Positions 1 to 8,239 of a DNA stretch of 32,000 bases are shown piece after piece; position 1 is the stretch's first letter; every line of letters begins with the position of its first letter. The notes beneath the pieces are model-generated. The model was not told where the DNA came from. It did not search any database and saw only the letters and a list, made by a program, of their open reading frames with translations. Both the position numbers and the translations under genes were made by a program. Source of the DNA: Dickeya solani IPO 2222 (GTDB lineage: Bacteria > Pseudomonadota > Gammaproteobacteria > Enterobacterales > Enterobacteriaceae); the NCBI RefSeq assembly GCF_001644705.1, contig NZ_CP015137.1, positions 3,660,001 to 3,692,000 of the forward strand, given 5' to 3'.

Positions 1-1
1 G

Positions 2-1294
2 GGGCTGGCGCAGAGCTGGACGGTGTCGCCGGACGGTAAGGTGTACACCTTCACGCTGCGCGAGGCGCGTTTTTCCGACGGCTCGCCGGTGACGGCGCAG
101 GACGCCGTGTTCAGCTTGACCCGTATCCGCGACAGCAAGGAGTCCTTGTGGCGTGATTCTTACAGCATCATCGACAAGCTGGAGACGCGGGATGCGCATA
201 CGCTGGTGGTGACGCTGAAATCGCCTTCCGCGCCGTTTCTGTCGCAGCTGGCGTTGCCGAATGCCTCCGTGTTGCCGGAGAAAGTCGTCAGCAGTCTGGG
301 TGAAGAAACCTTTGCCGAGAAGCCGATCGGCTCCGGGGCGTTTGTCATTACGTCCTGGGCGCGCGGCGACAAGATTGTGCTGGCGAAAAACCCCTATTAC
401 TGGCAGGCGGACCACGTCAGCCTGGACGGGGTGGAGTGGCAGACGATCCCAGACGACAATACCCGTATGCTGAAAGTGCAGGCCGGCGAGCTGGATGCGG
501 CGCTGTCGGTGCCGTTCTCACGTCTCGTGTCGCTGCAGAAAGACCCCAACCTCAAGGTGGCGCTGGACCCGTCCACCCGTGAAGACAGCTTGCTGATTAA
601 CCATTCTCATGGGGTGCTCGGCAAGGTAGAAGTGCGCCAGGCGCTGGATTATGCGATCGATAAAAGCGCCATCGTCAAGACCGTGACGTTTAACTATGGC
701 ACGGTCGCCAATTCTTACATTCCCAAAGGCGCGCTCTATTACTACGCCGACAACCTGCAACGCCCGTATGACCCGGAAAAAGCCAAACAGATGCTGAAGG
801 CGGCGGGCGCATCCGATCTGAAACTGAATTATGTGGTCAACGCCGGGGATGAAGTGGACGAGCAAATCGCCGTGCTGCTGCAACAGCAACTGGCGAAAGC
901 CGGGGTTACCGTTAATCTGCAAAAGGTCGACCCCAGCCAGAGCTGGAGCATGCTGGTGGCGGGCGATTTTGACGTGTCGGTGAATTACTGGACCAATGAC
1001 ATTCTGGACCCGGATCAGAAAACCACCTTTGTGCTCGGTCACGACAGCAATATGAACTACATGACCCGCTACCAGAACGACAAGGTCAAGGCACTGGTTG
1101 CCGCCGCGCGGGTGGAACTGGATCCGAAAAAGCGTGAGCAGATGTATATCGACTTGCAGAAGATGGCCAAAGACGACGCCAACTGGATCGATCTCTACTA
1201 CAGCCCGTACCGTAATGTGACGCGCAAGAACATCAGCGGTTTCTACCAGAACCCGCTGGGGCGTTTCTTCCTCGAAGATACGGTGAAGGGGTAA
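2..1294 (+). CDS. ABC transporter periplasmic substrate-binding protein, family 5 (Dpp/Opp/Nik-like); 5' end lies outside the window
   Basis: Frame 2 is open from the first base (GLAQSWTVSPDGKVYTFTLR...), so the GTG at 23 is internal. The sequence pattern (NPYYWQ, DLYYSPY, length of the C-terminal lobe) is typical of family-5 solute-binding proteins. The TAA stop at 1292-1294 is followed by a hairpin terminator. Confidence 0.85.
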   Translation, partial: GLAQSWTVSPDGKVYTFTLREARFSDGSPVTAQDAVFSLTRIRDSKESLWRDSYSIIDKLETRDAHTLVVTLKSPSAPFLSQLALPNASVLPEKVVSSLGEETFAEKPIGSGAFVITSWARGDKIVLAKNPYYWQADHVSLDGVEWQTIPDDNTRMLKVQAGELDAALSVPFSRLVSLQKDPNLKVALDPSTREDSLLINHSHGVLGKVEVRQALDYAIDKSAIVKTVTFNYGTVANSYIPKGALYYYADNLQRPYDPEKAKQMLKAAGASDLKLNYVVNAGDEVDEQIAVLLQQQLAKAGVTVNLQKVDPSQSWSMLVAGDFDVSVNYWTNDILDPDQKTTFVLGHDSNMNYMTRYQNDKVKALVAAARVELDPKKREQMYIDLQKMAKDDANWIDLYYSPYRNVTRKNISGFYQNPLGRFFLEDTVKG

Positions 1295-1298
1295 GGTT

Positions 1299-1328
1299 AA
1301 CCGCTCCCGTTGACCGGGAGCGGTTTTA
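1299..1328. terminator. Bidirectional rho-independent terminator between the convergent SBP gene and amn
   Basis: Perfect 9-bp stem CCGCTCCCG (1301-1309) / CGGGAGCGG (1315-1323) with a 5-nt loop. It is flanked by AA on the left and TTTTA on the right, and sits exactly between two convergent stop codons. Confidence 0.7.
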
Positions 1329-1329
1329 T

Positions 1330-2793
1330 TTACCGGAACGGTGGTTCGTTGAAGGTGCGTAGCTTGCGCGAGTGCAGGTGTTCCGCTTCGGCGCGCAGCA
1401 GGTCCACCGCGCGGATGCCGATCTGCAAATGCTCGGAAATCGCGCCTTCATAGAAGCGGTTGGCCTGACCGGGCAGTTTAATCTCACCGTGCAGCGGTTT
1501 GTCCGACACGCACAACAGGGTGCCGTAAGGCACTCGGAAGCGATACCCCTGCGCCGCGATGGTGGCGCTTTCCATGTCTACCGCCACCGCCCGGCTGAGG
1601 TTGAAGCGGAGCGCCGAAGCAGAATAACGCAGTTCCCAGTTGCGGTCGTCGGTAGTGACCACGGTGCCGGTGCGCAGGCGCTGTTTCACTTCTTCGCCCG
1701 GCATGCCGCTCACCTGCTTGGTGGCGTCGTACAGGGCGCGCTGTACTTCGGCGATACTGGGAATCGGGATGTCCGGCGGCAACACCGAATCCAGCACGTG
1801 GTCGTCGCGCAGGTAGGCATGCGCTAACACGTAATCGCCGATGGTTTGACTTTCCCGCAGGCCGCCGCAGTGGCCGATCATCAACCAGGCGTGCGGCCGC
1901 AGTACCGCCAGATGGTCGCAGATGGTTTTGGCGTTGGACGGCCCGACGCCGATGTTCACCAGCGTAATGCCGCGCCCTTCGCGCGAGATCAGATGGTAGG
2001 CCGGCATCTGATGATTTTTCCACGCCAGGTCCGATACCGCCTGCTGCGGATTGTCGGTGTCGGCGGTGATCAGCGCGCCGCCGGCGCACGCCAACGCCTG
2101 ATACGGGCTGGATGGATCGGCAATTTGGTCGCAGGCCCAGCGTACAAACTCATCGACGTAACGGGTGTAGTTGGTGAACAACACAAACGGCTGGAAGTGT
2201 TCGGCACGGGTGCCGGTGTAGTGGCGCAGGCGCGCCAGCGAGAAATCGGTGCGTAGCGCGTCGAAGTGCGACAGCGGGAAATGGTCAAGCGTCTGCAACA
2301 GGCCGTCGGCGGTTTCATCGCCGATCAGCGCCAGCGACGGCGTGGGGAAGTGCTGCGCCAGCGCGGCGCTCATCGAACGCTCCAGCCCCAGATTGGCGCC
2401 GTCGATCACGTAAGGATAAGGGATCTCCTTGTCCGAAGGCCCGACTTCGATGGTGGCTGAATAGTCGTTTTCCAGAATCGCCAGTTGTTCCGCCAGATAG
2501 TGCCGGAACAACTGCGGCCGGGTGACGGTGGTGCGGTAGCTGCCGCCGTGGGTAAGGCGGCCGTACGCGCGGGTTTTGCTGTGCTTCTGGGACAGCCCGT
2601 CCCAGCTGATGCGCAGCTCCGGGTAGACAAACAGTCCGTTGGCGCGCGCGGCGGCATCCGGCGGTGTGCCGTGGGTAATAAAATCGACGATCGCGGTGCG
2701 CAACGCCTTGACCGCGGCATCATAGTGCGCTTCCAACTGGTCCAGCGCCTCGCTGGCGGACAGGCCTGCGCCAGGTGCATAACTCATCTTCAC
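1330..2793 (-). CDS. amn: AMP nucleosidase
   Basis: 487-aa ORF. The N-terminal region (ALDQLEAHYDAAVKALRTAI...GLFVYPELRISWDG) and the C-terminal nucleoside-phosphorylase-like half (AVDMESATIAAQGYRFRVPYGTLLCVSDKPLHGE) match E. coli Amn as I recall it. Confidence 0.9.
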   Translation of the reverse strand: MKMSYAPGAGLSASEALDQLEAHYDAAVKALRTAIVDFITHGTPPDAAARANGLFVYPELRISWDGLSQKHSKTRAYGRLTHGGSYRTTVTRPQLFRHYLAEQLAILENDYSATIEVGPSDKEIPYPYVIDGANLGLERSMSAALAQHFPTPSLALIGDETADGLLQTLDHFPLSHFDALRTDFSLARLRHYTGTRAEHFQPFVLFTNYTRYVDEFVRWACDQIADPSSPYQALACAGGALITADTDNPQQAVSDLAWKNHQMPAYHLISREGRGITLVNIGVGPSNAKTICDHLAVLRPHAWLMIGHCGGLRESQTIGDYVLAHAYLRDDHVLDSVLPPDIPIPSIAEVQRALYDATKQVSGMPGEEVKQRLRTGTVVTTDDRNWELRYSASALRFNLSRAVAVDMESATIAAQGYRFRVPYGTLLCVSDKPLHGEIKLPGQANRFYEGAISEHLQIGIRAVDLLRAEAEHLHSRKLRTFNEPPFR

Positions 2794-2997
2794 TCCTTTT
2801 TTCCGATGCGATGGCCGACGCCATACAGTGCGTCCATTGTGGCACAGCGCACATCACGGCACGATGGGATAAAAGTGAATTTGAAAAGTCAGGCTCATGG
2901 AATGCGGCGATCGTACCGATATAATTTTGTGATGGTTATCACAAAAAATGGATGTCATTAGTCTATAAAAAAACCACCGAAAGGATAAAGACAAAAC

Positions 2998-3087
2998 CTG
3001 CGCAATTTTTTGCTCAGTTATCAGCATAAATCCCTGTTTGCGCAATGTTTGCAAACGATTCGGGAAGTCTGCGCAATTTTTTGCTCA
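2998..3087 (+). promoter_or_regulatory. Repeated 19-mer / 18-bp imperfect palindrome; candidate activator (enhancer-binding protein) sites upstream of hcp
   Basis: Identical CTGCGCAATTTTTTGCTCA at 2998-3016 and 3069-3087. Each reads TGCGCAA-N4-TTGCTCA, with half-sites symmetric at 6 of 7 positions. A degenerate copy, TGCGCAA-N3-TTGCAAA, lies at 3039-3055. Confidence 0.4.
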
Positions 3088-3146
3088 AATTTGGCTTAGG
3101 GAAGATGACGATGTCATTTTTACCTTTAAAAACAATGAAATAAAAA

Positions 3147-3163
3147 CTGGCATAGTCATTGCT
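3147..3163 (+). promoter_or_regulatory. Candidate sigma-54 (-24/-12) promoter of hcp
   Basis: CTGGCATAGTCATTGCT compared with the consensus YTGGCACGrNNNTTGCW. GG (3149-3150) and GC (3161-3162) are in the canonical register. The element lies about 50 nt upstream of the hcp ATG. Confidence 0.5.
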
Positions 3164-3214
3164 TTATGAACGGGCGAAGTCATACCTAACCGTTCAACAA
3201 CAAGGAGCAAGACT

Positions 3215-3733
3215 ATGCCAACTCCATGCTATATCAGCATCGAAGGTAAAACTCAGGGCAATATCACCGCCGGTGCCTTTACTTCCGACTCCGTCGGCAA
3301 CATCTACGTGCAGGGCCACGAAGATGAGATGCTGGTTCAGGAATTCAACCACATCGTGACCGTGCCGACCGACCCGCAGTCCGGCCAGCCGTCCGGTCAG
3401 CGCGTGCACAAGCCGTTCAAATTCACCGTGGCGCTGAACAAAGCCGTGCCGCTGCTGTATAACGCGCTGGCGTCCGGCGAAATGCTGCCGACCGTAACCC
3501 TGAAGTGGTACCGCACCTCTGTCGAAGGCAAGCAGGAGCATTTCTTCACCACCACCCTGACCGATGCCACCATCGTCGACATCAACAACCAGATGCCGCA
3601 CTGCCAGGACCCGTCCAAGCAGGATTACACCCAGCTTATTGAAGTGTCGCTGGCGTACCGCAAGGTTGACTGGGAGCACACCGTTGCCGGCACCTCCGGT
3701 TCCGACGACTGGCGCGCGCCGGTCGAAGCGTAA
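3215..3733 (+). CDS. hcp: T6SS tube protein Hcp (TssD)
   Basis: 172-aa ORF beginning MPTPCYISIEGKTQGNITAGAF...HKPFKFTVALNKAVPLLYNAL...DWRAPVEA, the classic Hcp1-family sequence. Shine-Dalgarno AAGGAG at 3202-3207. Confidence 0.97.
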   Translation: MPTPCYISIEGKTQGNITAGAFTSDSVGNIYVQGHEDEMLVQEFNHIVTVPTDPQSGQPSGQRVHKPFKFTVALNKAVPLLYNALASGEMLPTVTLKWYRTSVEGKQEHFFTTTLTDATIVDINNQMPHCQDPSKQDYTQLIEVSLAYRKVDWEHTVAGTSGSDDWRAPVEA

Positions 3734-3742
3734 TCGCCTATT

Positions 3743-3768
3743 AACCCGGACTTTGGTCCGGGTTTTTC
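3743..3768 (+). terminator. Rho-independent terminator/attenuator between hcp and vgrG
   Basis: Stem AACCCGGAC (3743-3751) / GTCCGGGTT (3756-3764), loop TTTG, followed by a T-run. Confidence 0.7.
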
Positions 3769-3897
3769 CGTTTTTGTCTGTGCTGAGCGATGGGGTGCCC
3801 ATCGCTGAGTGCAGTCGTATTCATCATGATTTTGCGCTGACGCACGGCATCCGCCGGGTGTGCGGTAGCTATGGAGCCGGGGAAAGGAGGAAGCAAG

Positions 3898-5934
3898 GTG
3901 GCCAACAGTACAGGATTGCAGTTTACCGTGAAAATCGGCGCATTGGCGGAGACCACCTTCGCGGTGGTGGATTTTGAACTCGGAGAGGCGTTGAACCAGC
4001 CGTTCGCGCTGTCGTTGAGCCTTGCCAGCAGCCAGGCGGATATTGATTTTGGCGCGGTGCTGGACCAGCCGTGCGAGCTGACGGTGTGGTACGAAGGCGA
4101 GCTACAGCGCCGGGTCAGCGGCATCGTCAGCCGCTTTGCCCAGGGCGACACCGGTTTTCGCCGCACCCGCTATCAGGCGGAAGTGCGCCCGGCGCTGTGG
4201 CGACTGGGGCTGCGCACCAACGCCCGACTCTTCCAGACCCAGAAACCGGACGCGATTATCGGCACCCTGCTGGAAGAAGCCGGGATTACCGATTACGCCT
4301 TCGCCCTGCGCCATGAACACGCGGTGCGCGAATACTGCGTGCAGTACCGCGAAAGCGACCTGGCGTTCATCAACCGGCTGGCGGCGGAAGAAGGGCTGTT
4401 CTACTTCCACGAATTCGAAGCCGGCAAGCATCGGGTGGTGTTTGCCGACGACGCCGGCGCGCTCAGCAAAGGCCCGGAACTGTTCTTCAATCTCGCCACG
4501 CAAGGCTTGTCGGAAGGCGCTTATGTGCGCCGTTTCCGTTACGCCGAGGCGGTGAGCACCGCCGAGGTGGCGCTGAAGGATTACAGCTTCAAAACCCCGG
4601 CCTACGGGCTGCTGCACAACAAGATGAGCAGCGAGCTGGACCACCAGCGCGAGTCCTACCAGCACTTCGACTACCCCGGCCGCTTCAAGCAGGACCCGAG
4701 CGGCAAGGCCTTTACCGGCTACCGGCTGGACGCGCTGCGTGCCGGGGCGATGACCGGCAGTGGCGAATCCAACGCCGCCGAACTGATGCCGGGCAGCACC
4801 TTTACCCTCACCGAGCATCCGAACCCGGCGTTTAACCTGGCCTGGCAGGTGGTGGCGGTGACCCACAGCGGGCAGCAGCCGCAGGCGCTGGAAGAGGAAA
4901 GCGGCGGCGAGCCGACCACGCTCAGCAACAGTTTCGAGGTGGTGAAAGGCACCACCACCTGGCGGGCGGCGCTGCCGTACAAGCCGATGGTGGACGGCCC
5001 GCAAATTGCGACGGTGGTGGGCCCAGCGGGCGAAGAAATTTACTGCGATCAGTACGGGCGGGTGAAGCTGCAATTTCCGTGGGATCGCTACGGCGCCAGC
5101 GACGACCAGAGTTCTTGCTGGGTGCGGGTCAGTCAGGGTTGGGCCGGCGGTCAGTACGGGTTAATCGCCATTCCACGTATCGGCCATGAGGTGGTGGTGA
5201 GCTTTCTGGAGGGTGACCCGGACCAGCCGCTCATCACCGGTCGGACTTTCCATGCCACCAACCCCACGCCGTATGTACTGCCGGAACACAAAACTCGAAC
5301 CACGTTGCGTACCGATACCCACAAAGGCAGCGGTTTCAACGAACTTCGTTTCGAAGATGAGGCTACCCGGGAGCAGATTTACCTGCACGCACAAAAAGAC
5401 ATGGACGCGGTGATCAACAACATTCATCGCCAGAGCGTCGGGTTGGATCAGCATCTGAGTGTGGCGAACGACCAGTTCCAGCGGGTGGATCGCCATAGCC
5501 ATCGCACCATCGGGCAGGATGATTTTGAACAGATTGGGCAGGACCATCATCAATCGATTGGTCGCCATCTCGTACAGAGCATCACCCAATCATTCAAGCG
5601 CTTTATCGGCGGCGGAGAGATCACCCGTATTGAAGGCAGCCGCCAGACTACGCTGTCTGGTTCGGAAGAGACGCTGATTGGCGCGCATCAGCGCGTGCTG
5701 GTCAATACCGACAGCTACCTCAAAGCGGCGGATATCGTGCTGGAAGCCGGGCAGTCGCTGACTATCAAGGCACCGGGCGGGTTTATCAAAATCGACGGTG
5801 CCGGCGTCACCATTTCCGGCACGGTGGTGAAAATCAACGACGGCGGTTCCGCAGGAGCGGGCACGGCGCCGGTGTCGATCGAGCCGGAGGCCCCCACCAG
5901 ACCGACGCTGCCAGACGCGCCGGACCGGCGTTAA
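3898..5934 (+). CDS. vgrG: T6SS spike protein VgrG (TssI) with no C-terminal effector extension
   Basis: The gp27/gp5-like sequence begins (V/M)[19 protein letters not shown]2345-type beta-helix lies near the C-terminus ([18 protein letters not shown]). I prefer the GTG at 3898 because AAGGAGG at 3885-3891 is correctly spaced. The ORF track starts 27 nt earlier, at the ATG at 3871. Confidence 0.95.
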   Translation: MANSTGLQFTVKIGALAETTFAVVDFELGEALNQPFALSLSLASSQADIDFGAVLDQPCELTVWYEGELQRRVSGIVSRFAQGDTGFRRTRYQAEVRPALWRLGLRTNARLFQTQKPDAIIGTLLEEAGITDYAFALRHEHAVREYCVQYRESDLAFINRLAAEEGLFYFHEFEAGKHRVVFADDAGALSKGPELFFNLATQGLSEGAYVRRFRYAEAVSTAEVALKDYSFKTPAYGLLHNKMSSELDHQRESYQHFDYPGRFKQDPSGKAFTGYRLDALRAGAMTGSGESNAAELMPGSTFTLTEHPNPAFNLAWQVVAVTHSGQQPQALEEESGGEPTTLSNSFEVVKGTTTWRAALPYKPMVDGPQIATVVGPAGEEIYCDQYGRVKLQFPWDRYGASDDQSSCWVRVSQGWAGGQYGLIAIPRIGHEVVVSFLEGDPDQPLITGRTFHATNPTPYVLPEHKTRTTLRTDTHKGSGFNELRFEDEATREQIYLHAQKDMDAVINNIHRQSVGLDQHLSVANDQFQRVDRHSHRTIGQDDFEQIGQDHHQSIGRHLVQSITQSFKRFIGGGEITRIEGSRQTTLSGSEETLIGAHQRVLVNTDSYLKAADIVLEAGQSLTIKAPGGFIKIDGAGVTISGTVVKINDGGSAGAGTAPVSIEPEAPTRPTLPDAPDRR

Positions 5935-5943
5935 GGAGCCACC

Positions 5944-6756
5944 ATGCCAGGAGCTGCGCGTTTAGGGGACAGCTGTGCCGGTCACGGCTGCTTTCCTGCC
6001 ACCCCGGTGATCGCGGGCAGTGGCGATGTGATTATCAATGGCAAACCGGCGGCGCGTAAAGGCGATGCGGTGTTGCTGCACGCCTGTCCATGCCCGAATA
6101 TGCCGCACGGGGTTCACAACCGGGCGATTTCCGCCGGTTCCGGTACGGTGATCATCAACGGCAAGCTGGCCGCCCGTATCGGCGATGCCATCGGCTGTGG
6201 CGGCTCGGTGGCGGCCGGCAGCGGGGATGTGATTATTGGCGATACGCCTTACCAGTCGCCGGTTAAATCCTGTGCGGAACAGTCGGCGAAAAGCCGCGCT
6301 CCGCTGCTGGCGCTAACGCCGATGCTGCTGCCCGCCATGATGGAATGGGCCGCGACCGCCGAGCTGCCGGTGCTGGATGAGGCACTGACGGTATTACAGC
6401 GTAAAGATCGCTATCTGGCGCGCGCTAAGCTGGCGCAACAGGCGGCGACCATGCCGGGCCTGAAAGACGCCGCCACCCGACTGGCGTTTAACAACGACAG
6501 CATCTTGCGCGCGGAAGCGGCGCAGTATGTTTATCCGGTGGATGAGGTGGCGCGTAAGGTCAGAACGGTATTGCCAAAAGCACCGGTTGGGTTGGTCCAT
6601 TTAACTGCTAAGGAAATTCCAGAACTGGCTGGTGCCAAATTTACGGATCCGGATTCCGGTTTTGGGGCCGCATTGTTCAAATCTGATATTAATGGTGAGA
6701 CGATGCTTACCTTCAGAGGAACAAATAATGCAGTAACAGGGCCAAGGACTGGATGA
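5944..6756 (+). CDS. PAAR-domain protein; the N-terminal part of a PAAR-lipase effector, ending prematurely because of a frameshift
   Basis: Two PAAR motifs (INGKPAARKGD, INGKLAARIGD) lie in a Gly/Cys/His-rich N-terminus. The C-terminal part carries the start of a lipase fold (SGFGAALFKSDINGETMLTFRGTNN) and then stops after 7 more codons. Confidence 0.85.
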   Translation: MPGAARLGDSCAGHGCFPATPVIAGSGDVIINGKPAARKGDAVLLHACPCPNMPHGVHNRAISAGSGTVIINGKLAARIGDAIGCGGSVAAGSGDVIIGDTPYQSPVKSCAEQSAKSRAPLLALTPMLLPAMMEWAATAELPVLDEALTVLQRKDRYLARAKLAQQAATMPGLKDAATRLAFNNDSILRAEAAQYVYPVDEVARKVRTVLPKAPVGLVHLTAKEIPELAGAKFTDPDSGFGAALFKSDINGETMLTFRGTNNAVTGPRTG

Positions 6757-7313
6757 CGAATCTTTCACAAGGAATGGGAAAAGATACAGCACAGTATAAG
6801 CAGGCAATGTACCTTGCAAAGCAAGTTAAAGATATTCTTCCTGCTGATGCGGTTATTGTTGGACATTCTTTGGGCGGTGGGCTTGGTTCTGCTGGTGTAG
6901 GTGCTAGTGGTCTGAAAGGATATACCTTCAATGCTGCTGGACTTCATGAGAATACGGTTAGTCGATTTGGTGGATTGGCGATGGAAAAAATCAATCCATT
7001 AATAAAGACTCAGGCGGTAGATGGAGAAATCCTGACCATGGTGCAGACCTATGGCAAAGCGGCATTACCTGGGTTGTTATCTGGGGCAGGAGCATTGGTT
7101 GGTGGTGGTGTCGGTGCTGCTATTGGGGGGATTACTGGGGTGGCAACATTATTGAGTGGTGCGTTGCCCAAAGCAGCCGGGAATATGATGCCACTTCCTG
7201 CGTCAGGGGGATCGCCGTTGGCACGCCATGGTATGGACCAAGTTATTGCAGGTATCGAAAGTCAAAAAAAGGATGATATTGGCAGTATTACTAAGACACT
7301 CAAGGGGGCATGA
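6753..7313 (+). CDS. Lipase (alpha/beta-hydrolase, class-3/DUF2974-like) catalytic portion; probably the out-of-frame continuation of the PAAR gene
   Basis: Nucleophile elbow VGHSLGGG (Ser codon 6867-6869), candidate Asp (7020-7022) and candidate His (RHGM, 7227-7229). This frame is open from 6729 and reads AKDWMTNLSQG across the upstream stop. ATGA overlap with the upstream ORF. Confidence 0.75.
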   Translation: MTNLSQGMGKDTAQYKQAMYLAKQVKDILPADAVIVGHSLGGGLGSAGVGASGLKGYTFNAAGLHENTVSRFGGLAMEKINPLIKTQAVDGEILTMVQTYGKAALPGLLSGAGALVGGGVGAAIGGITGVATLLSGALPKAAGNMMPLPASGGSPLARHGMDQVIAGIESQKKDDIGSITKTLKGA

Positions 7314-8080
7314 TGCAATGGCTCAAATGGCTGGGAATACTGATTATTGGAATGTTAACCGCCTGTCAGGCGGGGGGAAGCAGCATGCAGGCCAGTGAAT
7401 TTTTCAAACCACCGATGGTTAAGGTGTTATCCAGCATTCAGAAAGGGGATGAAGCCGCGGCCAGGCAACAACTGGCACAGGGGCTAAACCTGAATGTGTT
7501 AGGCGAAGAAGGTATTACCCCGCTGTTGTGGTTGGTGATGCAGCAGGATCAGGCTGGAGCCAGGTTGGCGTTAAAGCTGGGTGCTGATCCTAATTTCCGA
7601 ACGGGTACGGGTTCGTCAGCCGTTAATATGGTGGCTGGTGCGAAATCGCCTGAATGGTTGAAAATGATGCTGGATGCCGGTGGCGATCCTAATTCCCGTG
7701 ATCACAATAAAGTGCCTGCGTTATTTAATGCGATAGCTGAAGAACGCTGGGCGGATATTAAGCTGTTGGTAGAGCGTGGCGCAGATGTGAATTTGACTGA
7801 TGCTCAGCATACAACTAGCGCACATTATGCAGCTTATATTAATCAATACGAGATTGCGTACTGGCTAATAGAGCACGGCTCCAATATTAATACGTATTCT
7901 GCAACGGGTGCGAGTTTGGCCTGGACAGTAGAAGATAGTTTGTCGCTGATGGATCATCGCTCGCCACATTATCCCTGGGCGCTGAAAGTGAAGCAGTTGC
8001 TGCAACAGCGTGGGGTAAAATTTCCCCCCTTATCTCCGGCAGAAGTCAGGGAGCGACGAGCCAAAGGTGAATTACTTTAA
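7310..8080 (+). CDS. Ankyrin-repeat lipoprotein; probable periplasmic immunity protein for the adjacent lipase
   Basis: Signal peptide with lipobox MLTAC (MMQWLKWLGILIIGMLTAC). Four ANK-like repeats (GITPLLWLV..LKLGADPN; ..MLDAGGDPN; ..LLVERGADVN; ..LIEHGSNIN). ATGA overlap with the lipase stop. Low G+C like the lipase module. Confidence 0.7.
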   Translation: MMQWLKWLGILIIGMLTACQAGGSSMQASEFFKPPMVKVLSSIQKGDEAAARQQLAQGLNLNVLGEEGITPLLWLVMQQDQAGARLALKLGADPNFRTGTGSSAVNMVAGAKSPEWLKMMLDAGGDPNSRDHNKVPALFNAIAEERWADIKLLVERGADVNLTDAQHTTSAHYAAYINQYEIAYWLIEHGSNINTYSATGASLAWTVEDSLSLMDHRSPHYPWALKVKQLLQQRGVKFPPLSPAEVRERRAKGELL

Positions 8081-8239
8081 AAAAGACATCGCGGTAATTC
8101 TGTCCGTATTTCAATAGCAATATATTATTTTTTTGTTCGTCATCGTGGTGGGGTTTATTTCCTCTGCCGAGGTTTGTCGCTGTTCTCATTCCGGTTTTTC
8201 CTTATTTACATACCGATTAATTATCCCAGTGAAAAAATC

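Noticed and set aside
2998-3087. Direct repeats considered as a possible mini CRISPR array
   Set aside because: There are only two exact copies plus one degenerate copy. They are 19 bp long and palindromic, lie in a promoter region, and no cas genes are present. They are better explained as protein-binding sites.
6729-6756. Programmed -1 ribosomal frameshift or transcriptional slippage joining the PAAR and lipase ORFs
   Set aside because: There is no X XXY YYZ slippery heptamer and no obvious downstream structure. A G3 run is far too short for efficient polymerase slippage. A mutation or a sequencing error is more parsimonious.
8174-8239. TTG-initiated 22-codon N-terminal extension of the first DUF4123 gene. 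Analogous extensions occur at 21981 (tssC), 26607 (tagH) and 28318 (tssK)
   Set aside because: The extensions overlap upstream genes or AT-rich spacer and add non-conserved residues. The internal ATG/GTG starts give the canonical family N-termini and/or have better-placed Shine-Dalgarno sequences.
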